NCBI RefSeq assembly: GCF_006345805.1 | Contig: NC_043015.1 | Coordinates: forward strand, 51,460,001-51,524,000 | Direction of reading: 5' to 3' | DNA: 64,000 nt | Source of the DNA: Octopus sinensis | Taxonomy: Eukaryota | Part shown: one piece after another, positions 24,784 through 39,019 of the stretch | Numbering within the stretch: the first letter of the stretch is position 1 | How the letters are laid out: each line of letters starts with the position of its first letter | Notes under the pieces: generated by a model | The model's input: only the letters and a program-made list of their open reading frames with translations | Told to the model about the DNA's origin: nothing | The model's database searches: none | Position numbers and translations under genes: made by a program

Positions 24784-25577
24784 AAGCTGGCAGAATCTTA
24801 AACATCCTATACAATATTTTTTGTTGGCATTTCATCCAGCTTTACTGAGGACAGTTTTGCTTTTCACTCTTTCATGGTTGATAAAATAAGTACCAGTTAA
24901 GTACTGAGGTCAATGTAATTGGCTTCTGTCTCTTATGAAAACTGCTGCCTTTGTACCAAAATTAGAAAGTTTTATTTTCATCATTATTATTATTATTATT
25001 AAGGTGGCAAGCTGGTAGAGTCGTTAGCACGCCAGGTGAAAATACTTAGCCGTATGTACTCTGCAGCTAAAATTCTGCCAAGGTCGACTTTGCCTTTCAT
25101 CCTTTTGGGATCGATAAATTAAATACCAGTGAAACACTGGGGTCGATACAATCGACTTATTCCTTCCCCACAATTTCAGGCCTTATGCTGATAGTAGAAA
25201 GGATTATTATTATTATTATTATTATTATCATTATTAATAGGGTGGTGAGCTGACAGAATAGTTAGCATGCCGGGCAAAATGCTTAGTAGCATTTCATCCA
25301 TCTTGATGTTCTGAGTTCAAACTCCACTGAGGTTGACTTTGTCTTTCATCCTTTTGGAGGTTGATAAACCAAGTACCGGTGATACACTGGCATTGATGTA
25401 ATTGACTCATCCCCTCTCCCAAAATTTCAGGTCTTGTACTTTTAGTAAGGATTATTATTATTACTATTATCATTAAATAGGATTGGAGCCATAGGGTACT
25501 CTGACCCAAACTAGATGGTGGCCCCTCGCCCTGCTTGGTGGGTTACTCCCAATTATCATATTTGTATTTATTCATTA

Positions 25578-25619
<42 letters not shown>

Positions 25620-25725
25620 ATGCATTGCATGTTTTTTACCTCACCCCCTTGTTTATATACATCTATGTATACACACACACACACACCCTGTAAGCCAATT
25701 CATTTTAATGTGGTTTGTATATATG

Positions 25726-25744
<19 letters not shown>

Positions 25745-25756
<12 letters not shown>

Positions 25757-26727
25757 TATATATATGTATATATTTAAATGGGCCCGTGTGGCAAATAAAG
25801 GAAAATATCATCATCATCATCACTATCATGGTGCTGGAATGGCAGAATCAGTAGAGCACTGGGCAAAATGCTTCATGCTATTTTGTTGTAGCTCTTTCCA
25901 TTCTGAGTTCAAATCCTGCTGGGGTCAATTTTGCCTTTTGTCCCATAAGGGGCAATAAAACAGAATCCTAGTGATACCCTGGGGTCGATTTAACTGAGTC
26001 ACATCCTCCTTCTGCACTCAACATTGCCAGCCTTGTGCCTAAATTAAATTTCTATATATATATATTTTTTTGTGTTATTAGATTTCTTGTATTTTATTGT
26101 TCATAATAAATGAATAAAATAAATAATAATGAGTTTGTTGTTTTTTTTCTTTCTGTCTGGTTATTGATGATCTGAAATATCTATATTTATTGATTTTTGA
26201 TTCCTTTTTTTTGTTCTGGTTGAAGTTGTTATTTTCAATGACAAGTCAGTTATCGCAAACAAGTTTATGATTGAGTGTGTCCATGTTTGTGTATGTATAT
26301 ATCTGCATTTGTGTATTCACGTATATCTATATGTATGTGCATATATGTCTAAGCAATGAGTTTATATATATATATATATAAAGATATATTTATATAAATT
26401 ATCAAGGTGGCTGTTTGCAATTTAGTACCAAAAGGTAGAAGTATAGTCGTCACTAAAGTGACAGAGTGTTAGTCAGTACCAGTATTGCTAGAAATATATA
26501 TATATATATACTCTCTTTTACTCTTTTACATGTGACTGTGGCCATGCTTCAGCACCGCCTTTAGTCAAGCAAATTGACCCCAGGACTTATTCTTTGTAAG
26601 CCTAATACTTATTCTATTGGTCTCTTTTGCCGAACCGCTAAGTCACGGGGACATAAACACACCAGCATCGGTTGTCAAGCAATGTTGGGGGAACAAACAC
26701 AGACACACAAACATATACACACACACA

Positions 26728-26758
<31 letters not shown>

Positions 26759-27751
26759 TATATATATATATAATATATATATATATATGTATATATTAAA
26801 TGGGCCCGTGTGGCAAATAAAGGAAAATATCATCATCATCATCACTATCATGGTGCTGGAATGGCAGAATCAGTAGAGCACTGGGCAAAATGCTTCATGC
26901 TATTTTGTTGTAGCTCTTTCCATTCTGAGTTCAAATCCTGCTGGGGTCAATTTTGCCTTTTGTCCCATAAGGGGCAATAAAACAGAATCCTAGTGATACC
27001 CTGGGGTCGATTTAACTGAGTCACATCCTCCTTCTGCACTCAACATTGCCAGCCTTGTGCCTAAATTAAATTTCTATATATATATATATTTTTTTGTGTT
27101 ATTAGATTTCTTGTATTTTATTGTTCATAATAAATGAATAAAATAAATAATAAATGAGTTTGTTGTTTTTTTTCTTTCTGTCTGGTTATTGATGATCTGA
27201 AATATCTATATTTATTGATTTTTGATTCCTTTTTTTTGTTCTGGTTGAAGTTGTTATTTTCAATGACAAGTCAGTTATCGCAAACAAGTTTATGATTGAG
27301 TGTGTCCATGTTTGTGTATGTATATATCTGCATTTGTGTATTCACGTATATCTATATGTATGTGCATATATGTCTAAGCAAATGAGTTTATATATATATA
27401 TATATAAAGATATATTTATATAAATTATCAAGGTGGCTGTTTGCAATTTAGTACCAAAAGGTAGAAGTATAGTCGTCACTAAAGTGACAGAGTGTTAGTC
27501 AGTACCAGTATTGCTAGAAATATATATATATATACTCTCTTTTACTCTTTTACATGTGACTGTGGCCATGCTTCAGCACCGCCTTTAGTCAAGCAAATTG
27601 ACCCCAGGACTTATTCTTTGTAAGCCTAATACTTATTCTATTGGTCTCTTTTGCCGAACCGCTAAGTCACGGGGACATAAACACACCAGCATCGGTTGTC
27701 AAGCAATGTTGGGGGAACAAACACAGACACACAAACATATACACACACACA

Positions 27752-27790
<39 letters not shown>
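25745..27790 (+). repeat. Near-identical tandem duplication of ~1022 bp
   Basis: aatgggcccgtgtggc at ~25777 and ~26799; only homopolymer or microsatellite indels noticed. Confidence 0.9.
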
Positions 27791-27798
<8 letters not shown>

Positions 27799-27961
27799 GA
27801 CGGGCTTCTTTCAGTTTCCGTCTACCAAATCCACTCACAAGGCTTTGGTTGGCCCGAAACTATAGTTGAAGACACTTGCCCAAGGTGCCACACAGTGGGA
27901 CTGAACCCGGAACCATGTGGTTTATAAGCAAGCTACTTACCACACAGCCACTCCTACGCCT
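27535..27961 (-). mobile_element. SINE family A, full length (its 3' half is also duplicated at 26515-26760)
   Basis: Colinear with family A. Confidence 0.9.
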
Positions 27962-28138
27962 ATATTTATATATTATTATTATTATTAAATGCATATACTA
28001 ATGTATATGTTTTGTGTATTTTCTGGTGGCCTCAGTGGCATAGCAGGGTATATAACCCTCAAGTCGCTGGTGTTAAAACACCTTAGAGTCATGGACATCG
28101 ATGTTTTGCCGTTTTTGTGGCTTTTCAACATCACGTAC

Positions 28139-28233
28139 CTGCCTGGGTTGAAGGTGAGTCACCTGGCTAGTCCAAGGACTTGTTTGCTCCTGGCTTGTAA
28201 AGTCATGAGCTGGTATGCCCGGAAATTGTATAC
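28139..28233 (-). CDS. Candidate internal exon (IQFPGIPAHDFTSQEQTSPWTSQVTHLQPRQ)
   Basis: Acceptor tacattttctcttag| and donor cag|gtacgt on the minus strand; the plus strand also has an open frame ending aag|gtgagt, so the strand is ambiguous. Confidence 0.25.
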
Positions 28234-28918
28234 CTAAGAGAAAATGTACATATGAAGTAAAAGCAGGTCTAGTGTTTTCTTTTTGTTTTTTTATTTGTTT
28301 CAGTCATTTGACTGCAGCCATGCTGGAGCACTGCCTTTAATCGAACAAATCGACCCCAGGACTTATTTCTTGTAAACCTAGTATTTATTCTATTGGTGTA
28401 TTTTGCCAAACCGCTAAGTTACGGGGACGTAAACACAGCAACATCAGTTGTCAAGCAATGGTGGGGGACAAACACAGGAACACACAACACACATATATAT
28501 ATAACGGGCTTCTTTCAGTTTCCGTCTACCAAATCTACTCACATGGCTTTGGTCAGCCCGAGTCTATAGTAGAAGATACTTGCCCAAGGTGCCTTGCGCC
28601 TATAAAGGTAAAATCGACCTCGGCAGAATTTGAACTCAGAATGTAGTGACAGGTGAAATACCTCTAAACATTTCCTCTGGTGTTCTAACGATTCTGCCAG
28701 CTTACCACCCTTTTTTTATGTGTAATATTATTAAATACACAATATATATATTTTTTTATGTGTAATGAATATTAAATTTTATGTGTAATATATATATATA
28801 TATATTGTGTATTTAATAATATTTATATATAAATATTTGAAATTTACAGAAAAACAAAAGATGAAGGTGTAAAAACAATAAACGTGTATTAGTTTGATGC
28901 TCGGGAAGGTTAGAAAGT

Positions 28919-28954
28919 CTTTTACATTTCAAGCCTATGCTCTTCAACAGAAAG
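28919..28954 (-). ncRNA. Minimal HHR-like motif with CUGUUGA core variant
   Basis: CTTT-CTGTTGA-AGAGC-ATAG-GCTT-GAAA-TG-TA-AAAG; homologous to 58761-58798. Confidence 0.4.
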
Positions 28955-29617
28955 GAACAGGAGGAAATGAAGAGAGAGAGAGGATATAAAAACTTTTGGA
29001 GTTAGCGGTCAATCATGGTGATACAACGAGCTTCTTTCAGTTTCTTATTTTTTTAACTGCCTACAAAGGGCTACACACAGAGAGGACAAAAAAGGACAAA
29101 CGGATTAAGTCGATTATATCGACCCCAGTGCGTAACTGGTACTTATTTAATCGACCCCGAAAAGATGAAAGGCAAAGTTGACCTCGGCGGAATTTGAACT
29201 CAGAACGTAGCGGCAGACGAAATACAGCTACGCATTTCGCCCGGCGTGCTAACGTTTTTGCCAGCTCGCCGCCATATTCTTTCAGTTTCTGTCTACCAAA
29301 TCCATGCACAAGGCTTTGGTCAGTCCGAAGCTACAGTAGAAGTCATTTGCTCAAGGTGTCACACAGTGGGACTGAACCCGGAACCATGTGGTTGGGAAGC
29401 AAGCTTTTTACCAGTCACATTCATGCTCTTAACTTCTTATTACCTGACACAAAGCCACCTCTTTTGATAATTCTACCCACTTCAGTTTATGGCTCTCACT
29501 GTTTAGGCCTGGCATCCCAATACGCTATGTTTCACAGTTAGAATCTGAGGCTACAGCAATCACTCCCCTTGTCCCCTTGCTTCAGCCAGAAATACCATCT
29601 GCGAAATACCAATACAA

Positions 29618-29857
29618 AGGCGGCGAGCTGGTAGAAACGTTAGCACGCCGGGTGAAATACTTTACGGTATTTCGTCTGCCTCTACGTTCTGAGTTCAAAT
29701 TCCGTCGAGGTCGACTTTGCCTTTCATCCCTTTCGGGGTCGATTAAATAAGTACCAGTTACGCACTGGGGTCGATATAATCGACTTAATCTGTTTGTCTG
29801 TCCTTGTTTGTCCCCTCTGTGGGTAGCCTCTTGTGGGCAGTAAAGAAATAAGAAATA
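29618..29857 (+). mobile_element. SINE family B, full length, flanked by a 17-bp direct repeat
   Basis: agaaataccatctgcga at 29588-29604 and 29851-29867 (putative TSD; 13 extra nt precede the head). Confidence 0.85.
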
Positions 29858-30264
29858 CCATCTGCGAGATGATAACTATCAATTTCTCCTCGAAGTTGTC
29901 AACGGGCTTTAATGATGACAGACTATATACGGAACTTACAGTGGAACATTAGTAAAAAAGATGAATTTTTGTAACAAGCAGTTTTCACAATGCAGAACAC
30001 ACACACACACACACATACTGTCCAGACACAAATACTTAGCATTAATTTAAAACACGAATATTTACAATAAACGTATGTTTGCAGAAATACTAAAACTTGC
30101 TCATTCAACTTTATACTGATCTAGCTGCAGGAAAACATGTTCACCTAATCAAACCCACTTGCATTTTGCATAAATATACAACTGTGAAGTAGTTGGGGTT
30201 AGGAAAGACATCCAACCATAGAAATCGTATCAAAGCTGACACTGGGACCCTGTGAAGTCTCCGG

Positions 30265-31861
30265 ATTCATCGGCTCTCGTCAAACTGTCCAAACCATGCC
30301 AGCATGGAAAACAGACGTTAAATGACAATGCACACCGACACAAGCTTCTGTTCGACTTGCACACACAGCAAGCAAACCCGCACAATTTCGCAGATATTGT
30401 TCAATACCCCGCTTGAATTTAGCATAAACGTAAGTAGTATAATTGTCGGTCACTGGGTTGGTTCACTACCTGTTTTATTCTCTGCTGCTAGAATATTTGA
30501 ATCAGGTCTTGGTATTGAGCCTTATTGATTTTTTTTGTTATCAGTAATCTATAAAGGGCTTAATGTAACGACTTAAATCACATCCTCATTGAACAGGTGA
30601 CGTTTTGGTAGTTCACCAGCTTTATTAGCCAATCAGAAACGAGTCATCTGTCAGCCATTGCATTTATATAAACAGCACAAGATCTTTTATTCAGCACTTA
30701 ACAGCTATGAATAAATAAGTCATTCTTGATTCTATCTCAGACAAGGCACCTCAGATAGAAATCATGTTTCTACACTCGTCCAGTTAGTTTCAACTCATAA
30801 CCACGGGGTCACGTTGGTCAATAACGATATTTACATAACTTGTGAATTATTCACGTGTCAGATGCAATCGTGAGTGTATACCTAAAAATACGGACGACAT
30901 ATCGCAAAGCATTTTACCTGCCGTGCTGATGATTCTACCAGCTCGCTGTCTTAATAGTGATAATGATGAGGATGATGATGATGATAAAATAATGTGTCTA
31001 TTTTATTTTCCAACGTGCCACCAGAAAACAGACCTCTTCACGTCCGATTGGTACAATATCTTAAAGTAGTCAAACTGAAACAGCATGTATCCACTACAAA
31101 TAGCGTACATGTTTGGACAGAAATTCGTGCATAGACAAGTTTCAACATACAACATTAATACAAATTAAACGCACATAAATATTTGTAGGAAAATGTTAGG
31201 TATACACTCACGATTGCATCTGACAAGTGAATAATTCACAAGTTATGTAAATATCGTTATTGACCAACGTGACCCAGCAGAAAGAGCGAACGACACTTGG
31301 TGTTTTTTGTTTTGATAAAATGTGGTTATGAGTTGAAACTAACTGGACGGGTGTAGAAACATGGTTTCTATCTGAGGTGTCTTGTCTGAGATAGAATCAA
31401 GAATAACTTATTTATTCATAGCTGTTAAGAGCAGAATAAAAGAGCTTGTGCTGTTTATATAAATGCAATGGCTGACAGATGACTGGTTTCTGATTGGCTA
31501 ATAAAGCTGGTGAACTACCAAAACGTCACCTGTTCAATGGGGATGTGATTTAAGTCGTTACATTAACCCTTTTCTAGATTACTGATAAGAAAATAATCAA
31601 TAAGGCTCAATACCAGGACGCTGATTCAAATATTCTAGCAGCAGAGAATAATACAGGTAGTGAACTAACCCAGTGACCGACAATTATACCATGTACGTTT
31701 ATGCTAAATTCAAGCGGGGTATTGAACGATATCTGCGAAATAGTGCGGGTTTGCTTGCTGTGTGTGCAAATCGAACAGAAGCTTGTGTCTGCGTGCATCG
31801 TCACTTAACGTCTGTTTTCCATGCTGGCATGGTTTGGACAGTTTGACGAGAACCGATGAAT
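30265..31861. repeat. Inverted duplication with ~620/665-bp arms and a ~310-bp spacer
   Basis: 30265-30886 is the reverse complement of 31196-31861, with scattered substitutions and one indel. Confidence 0.9.
30629..30695 (+). promoter_or_regulatory. Putative CCAAT-TATA-Inr core promoter (mirror copy at ~31430-31497 minus)
   Basis: agCCAATcag at 30629, TATATAAA at 30665, ttcAgc ~28 bp downstream of the TATA start. Confidence 0.3.
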
Positions 31862-32481
31862 TTACGTTCTCAGTTCAAATTTCGCTGAGGTCGACTTTGC
31901 CTTTCGTCCTTTCGGGTTCGATAAAATAAGTACCAAATGAGCCCTAGGATCGATGTAATCAACTTTTCCACCCCTTGCAATTGCTGGCCTTGTGCCAAAA
32001 AGCAAAGCATATTATTATTATTATAATCGTTAGTTCGCCGGACTAAATGCTTAGCGTCATTTTTTCTGGCTCTTTATTATTATCATTAAACTATGACTAT
32101 GAATATAGATTATTTGTACATTCCTCTGGTGATTTCGTTGAGGTCCATGCTTCGTTGTTGAGATCATAAGTGTAAAACATATCCAGAATTCCCTCCTCCC
32201 CGACCAAAATAATTGAATTCTGTTAATGGCACAAAAACACGTGTTTTAGAAAGAGGGCTATTGTTGATTAAATCATTTCTAATGCATAAATGGTAGAGAA
32301 TCTAATTCACTCCACTTCCAAGTAACAAAAGGCAAAGTTTATCCCATAATTATTTCTAGTTAAGATATTAGGTTAAATGAGTTTTACAAAACGAGTTTCG
32401 GTCTGTAAGTTACGAGAAGTTAAGTTTTCGAGTCTTGTCTGAAATGTTAATTTTTTTCCTTTTAATAGCCAATAAACCAGC

Positions 32482-33960
32482 CACAATTTTGCAAATTTCA
32501 TTCACTCTTGATCGTCACAATTTTGCAAATTTCATTTACCTTTCACTGTCACAATTTTGCAAATTTCATTTACCTTTCACTGTCACAATTTTGCAAATTT
32601 CATTCACTTTTGACCGTCACAATTTTGCAAATTTCATTCACTTTTGACCGTCACAATTTTGCAAATTTCTTTCACCTTTGATCGTCAGAATTTTGCAAAT
32701 TTCATTCATCATTGACTGTCACAATATTGCAAATTTCATTCAACTTTGACCATCACAATTTTGCAAATTTCATTCACTTTTGATCGTCACATTTTTGCAA
32801 ATTTCATTCACTTTTGATTGTCACAATTTTGCAAATTTCATTCACCTTTCACTGTCACAATTTTGCAAATTTCATTCAACTTTGACCATCACAATTTTGC
32901 AAATTTCATTCACTTTTGATCGTCACAATTTTGCAAATTTCATTCACTTTCGACCGTCACAATTTTGCAAATTTCATTCACTTTTGATCGTCACAATTTT
33001 GCAAATTTCATTCACCTTTCACTGTCACAATTTTGCAAATTTCATTCACTTTTGATCGTCACATTTTTGCAAATTTCATTCACTTTTGATTGTCACAATT
33101 TTGCAAATTTCATTCACCTTTCACTGTCACAATTTTGCAAATTTCATTCAACTTTGACCATCACAATTTTGCAAATTTCATTCACTTTTGATCGTCACAT
33201 TTTTGCAAATTTCATTTACCTTTGATCGTCACAATTTTGCAAATTTCATTCACTTTCGACCGTCACAATATTGCAAATTTCATTCACTTTTGATCGTCAC
33301 AATTTTGCAAATTTCATTCACCTTTCACTGTCACAATTTTGCAAATTTCATTCACCTTTCACTGTCACAATTTTGCAAATTTCATTCACCTTTGATCGTC
33401 ACAATTTTGCAAATTTCATTCACTTTCGACCGTCACAATTTTGCAAATTTCATTCACTTTTGATCGTCACAATTTTGCAAATTTCATTCACCTTTCACTG
33501 TCACAATTTTGCAAATTTCATTCACCTTTGATCGTCACAATTTTGCAAATTTCATTCACTTTTGATCGTCACAATTTTGCAAATTTCATTCACTTTTGAT
33601 CGTCACAATTTTGCAAATTTCATTCACCTTTCACTGTCACAATTTTGCAAATTTCATTCACCTTTGATCGTCACAATTTTGCAAATTTCATTCACTTTGC
33701 ACTGTCACAATTTTGCAACTTTCATTCACTTTTGATCGTCACAATTTTGCAAATTTCATTCACCTTTTACTGTCACAATATTGCAAATTTCATTCACTTT
33801 TGACCGTCACAATTTTGCAAATTCTATTCACCTTTCACTGTCACAATTTTGCAAATTCTATTCACTTTTGACTGTCACAATTTTTCAGATTTCATTCACT
33901 TTTGACCATCACAATTTTGCAAATTCTATTCACTTTTGACTGTCACAATTCTTCAAATTT
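32482..33960 (+). repeat. 34-bp minisatellite, ~43 copies, with near-palindromic core aattttgcaaattt
   Basis: tcacaattttgcaaatttcattcac followed by a variable ~9-nt segment (ttttgatcg, ctttcactg, tttcgaccg and others). Confidence 0.97.
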
Positions 33961-34459
33961 TACTGACTTCGCCGTTTTCATGATTATCATCTCTAAATTC
34001 TACATATTCTTCAGATGATGGTGTTGATAGTGATGTTTAACTGCTTCCTCCCAAGTCAAGCTGTGATCAAAAGCATTCCAGCCACGATCATCTCGCCCTT
34101 CTTCTTAAAAACAGTGTATTTTAGTCTACATTATTCAATATATCTTTCCCTGTGGTGTGATTTAAGGGAGAATTGGCTGATGTGTTTTGTAAAGTCGGTT
34201 TACTACACAGTAGCTTACTTGCCTGTTCAGTCTTTGATTAAATACCGATTATCAGCCGCCAGTCAGGCATAATAAAAGGCTTACATGAGATCAGAGACCT
34301 GCTAACTTTTCTTTAAACTAAATTATTAAAATAAGAAAGAATTTGGAAAGGAATGAGACAAATTTTTGAGAAAACTTTTACGAAAAAGTTTGTTGACAAA
34401 ATCATTAGTCAGTGCGTCTGGCACCTTTGACTCTGCCTACTGTGAAAGAGGCATAATGT

Positions 34460-34493
<34 letters not shown>

Positions 34494-35349
34494 CTGGGTT
34501 CGCGTGTGTGTACGAATGTTGCAGGGAATCGCTTTCACACTTCACCCGCTTAAACCTTCACCAACCATATTGCATTTCACACACCGAGACGTCTTGCCTT
34601 GATGACATAGTCGCATATTTGTTCTTGTTAGTTATCTAAATACCTCTAAGGAAGTTATCTTCTCTCTGTGTCTGTGTCTGCATCTGTGTGTATGTGTGTG
34701 TTGATGAGTGTGTGTATGTGTGTGCGTGTGTGTGTGTAATGGTGATGCTGGGAGTGGCGTTGCCTACCTCTGCCTCTTAATTCAACAGTAAACAGCTGGA
34801 ATGTACAGTAAAATTAATTACAATAAACTAAAATAAATAAATCACTAACAAATAATTTTTTTTCTTCAAATTAATGAAGGCATCTTCTGCTAAACTTGTG
34901 GAGTAGATATCGCCCATCGCCTTTGCAATTCCAAGTTTCTTTCCTTTTTTTTTCTATTTTTTCTCACTCAGTAGGGTGTCTGTGTATTTCCTTTGACGAC
35001 TGCGACGACGAGAGCTACAAATCTTCAATGATTTGAACATTTCTCAATTAGCTTGTTCTTTTTAGCTCCCCTAGGGATATTTTAACTTATTTCCTTTCTC
35101 ACTTGGATCACTTATCTCCCTTTTCTTACTCACTCACTAAACCACACACACACACACACACACACAGAGGCATACATACATACACACACATCATCTCTAT
35201 CTTCATCATATCTCATTCTATTTCGATTTTCTATTTTACTTTTTTTCCCCCTTCACAATTCTTATAATTATTCTATGTTGACAGAAAAACCCAATTTCAC
35301 AAAATTACATTCCATGCCTCTATTATGTCTCTTCGTGTTTCCAGAATGG

Positions 35350-35431
<82 letters not shown>

Positions 35432-36007
35432 TAGGGGTTTTCATATAGGCTGGAATAGGGGTTAGATTAACAATATCTCTGGAGGATTGGCATCCCTGTA
35501 TGATTACCATCAATAGCTCACAGACTCGACTCACTTTTAATGTGATCCCCCCTCCTTTACTGATATTTGTTATTTACGAAATAAAACAATAGCAAAAAAT
35601 TTATGTAAATAGATATAGAAATATATTTCCTCTTGGAACATAGAGAAAAAAAGAAAAGAATGGTTACCAAATCTCAAATCTAAGTACCTTTAACTTTCAT
35701 TACTATCTTCTTTCCTTTCATTTCTAACTTTTTTGCCCCCGTCTTCCCATTTTTTATTATATTTCTTCTGTATTTATATTTGCAGAAAGTTGATATAGTT
35801 GGTATTTGAGGGTCGTCTTTGTCTTCTCTATTTGTCATTCCTACTACCCTCTATCCACTCCCTCCCCCGCTCGTTTCACCACCTTTATTTTTCAGTCTTT
35901 TTTGTAGTAGTGGTAATAAATAGCAACAAAGCCGCACTTCACTGATATGATAAATTAGTTCTTGAGTGCCAGAGTTCGAAAACGGAACATATCTATGTGT
36001 ATTTGTG

Positions 36008-38282
36008 TTTGTGTGTGTGTGATATTTGTAATATTCCAAATGTGTCCGAACCACGTATTATTGAAACGATCGTAATGAAGGAATGAATATAATATCATAA
36101 CCTCCATTTTTGGACTTACTTTGTGTGTATGTGTGTGTGTATGTGTGTGTGCGTGCATGCGTGATTGATTGAAGGCGCGTAGCTTAGTAGCTAGGGTATT
36201 CAGTTCACAGTCATAAGGCTTCATGGTCATGGGGGGCCCCAACTGATGTCTGTTATTTTCTTTGACCCTTCCTTTTTGCTGCTGTTGGTATTGAGGTTTT
36301 GAAACTATCTTGTTACTGAGGCTAATTAATTCTCCCAACCCACAATGATTAAAATAAAGAATAAACTGTTATGACGTGGGTATAAACGTCTGGTGTAAAA
36401 TGGTATTAAACAAAGAAGTAGTTGGTTGTGATTATCTAAAAGTAACCTATCGCAGAAAATATGTGTTAACACAGAACGCACTCTGTGCTTTTCGAACGTA
36501 GGTACTATGATACTCAGCATTCATTGTTCAGCTACCGACTGTTAAACCAACACACATCGAACTAACACGGTAAACCAACACGGTTGAACTAACACCGCCA
36601 ACTATCCACTTGGCAGTTCACAATTCTTATTTAATAAATCTCTGAACGAGGTATAAACAGTAACTGCACGACAATGTGAGGTATACTTGCCATCTCAATA
36701 TGGCTAACCACTAAGGGTGGGTGTTACTGTAGCTTGTAGCCCCAGGAGAACATCGTCTCCAGCTGGCTTAAGGCACACTTTCTGTGCCCTTATGGTATTT
36801 GAAAAGGGAGGTCATCCCTCCCTCGTCAACCTAAGTGATATGCACGGACTGCAGTTTCTAGGTATTGAACTGTCTTCAGCGTACGACAATCACCGGTTTT
36901 CGATGAAAGGGGTCCCAATGCAAATACTTATATCGTTTTTCCAGTAACTTTTCGTCACTGATTTCAAAAAACTGAACGAGATGTAAACAGTAACTGCACG
37001 ACAGTTACTGTTATTGAGATGGCAAGTATACCTCACAAATTCTTATTTAGTTATTTCTAAAAACTATTATCGCTATGATTTGTTTAGACATTATGTTCGG
37101 TATTTGAAATTTGATCTTTGGACGTGTACGCCATCAATTATGCTAAGTAATGGTGCATGGCCAGGCTGCTACACCAGTGGTCAGGCTGCTACACCAGTCC
37201 ACTCGGCAGCCAAAGAATAACCATGCGATGGATTGGCATTTCATCCAGAGAGAGCGTTGTGATCTCGGTCACTCGTATGCCATGTAAACCAGATAAGTAG
37301 CCCTGTAAGTCCTAGGACCCAAGACAGAAGTTCATACTACAATTAAGTTGGTCCACTTTCAGGATCCTCCCACAACATGAACTATGATGGACTAGTGTCG
37401 TATGCAGGTGGAAGAAACTGTTAAGTACTATAGAATTAAGTAACATAGATCATAGAGAGGTGGGTTGGTTAAAAGTATTAACTGGTGTTAACATATAATT
37501 GATTCAAATTTTGGCAGAGGTTAAACAATTTTAGTGGAGGAGGGTTTGTCGATCACATCAATACCAGAACTTGACTACAAATTTATCTTATCGACTCCGA
37601 AAAGATGAAAGGCTAAGTTGTTATCGGCGAGATTTGAAATCAGAACGTGAAGAGCCTAAGAACTGCTGTCAAGCATCTCGTCCGATGCGCTTACGATTCT
37701 GCCAGCTCGTATATGTTGTAACAGAGCACTGTGAAATTCATGAGTGTTTGGTTGACTTGCAGCATCAGCGTCCCATCAGTAGGTTGAGCGATACAGAAAG
37801 TAGAGATAAATTCCGGTTATATGATTACTAATAATTCTGAATATAATTAAGTTGTAATTAAGAGAAGAAAGCGATTGCATCATTAAATGTTGTTACTGAG
37901 CAGCAGTGGTGGACTGTCCAGGTTGCCAGCTTGCTCGATGGCAAATGGGCCCATGTGCCATTAAAATCCATATATGGGGGCCCATGTTAGTATTTAGGGG
38001 CTCATCCCTTCAAGTTTGAGAATTTTGTATTCACTCCTGGAAGAATGTATTGTTTCAGCCTGGCTGTGTTTGTAGACAGTTAAAAAAAATTTAAATGATA
38101 GGCGTAGGAGTGGCTGTGTGGTAAGTAGCTTGCTTCCCAACCACATGGTTCCGAGTTCAGTCCCACTGCGTGGCACCTTGGGCAAGTGTCATCTACTATA
38201 GCCTCGGGCTGACCAAAGCCTTGTGAGTGGATTTAGTAGACTGAAACTGAAAGAAGCCCGTCGTATATATGTATGTATGTAC

Positions 38283-38328
<46 letters not shown>

Positions 38329-39019
38329 TTATATATATATATATATGTATGTATGTATGTGTGTATATATGTTTATATGCCTGTGTTTGTCCCCCCTCCC
38401 CAACATCACTTGACAACCGATGCTGGTGTGTTTACGTTCCCGTAACTTAGCGGTTCGGCAAAAGAAACCGATAGAATAAGTACTAAGCTTACAAAATAAT
38501 AAGTCCTGGAATCGATTTGCTCGACTAAAAGGCGGTGCTTCAGCATGGCCACAGTCAAATGACTGAAACAAGTAAACGAGATAGCATTGTAGTTGCGGAC
38601 TGGCTCTAAAAATATTGGTTGCCCTTGTAGTTACATCTTCTGGCAACCAATATCTTTTGACCCTCTCCGCCACAGCTGAGCAGTGTCTGTCAGAAACTTA
38701 CTTGCTTTAAGACTCTACGTCAAGTACACTGCCAGAACATTTCTTCTATGAAAGAAACATTTACGATATACCATAAGTTGTATCATTTACAATATGTCGA
38801 AAGATATCATCGATGGCATTACATACAAATTCGTTATTGGCAATATGGCTAATAAAGAATTCAATCAATCACGCATGCACGCCCACCCCACACACACACA
38901 CATACAAACACAAAATAAGTCCAAAAATGGAGGTTGTGATATTATATTCATTCCTTCATTACGATCGTTTCAATAATACGTGGTTCGGACACATTTGGAA
39001 TATTACAAATATCACGCAC
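36008..39019. repeat. Dispersed inverted repeat pair (~165 bp; 36008-36172 and 38861-39019)
   Basis: gatatttgtaatattccaaatgtgtccgaaccacg... recurs reverse-complemented. Confidence 0.85.
38100..38576 (+). mobile_element. SINE family A, full length
   Basis: Colinear with family A. Confidence 0.9.

Noticed and set aside
32482-33960. CRISPR-like array
   Set aside because: The variable parts are ~9 nt, recurrent and non-unique; the context is eukaryotic and there are no cas genes
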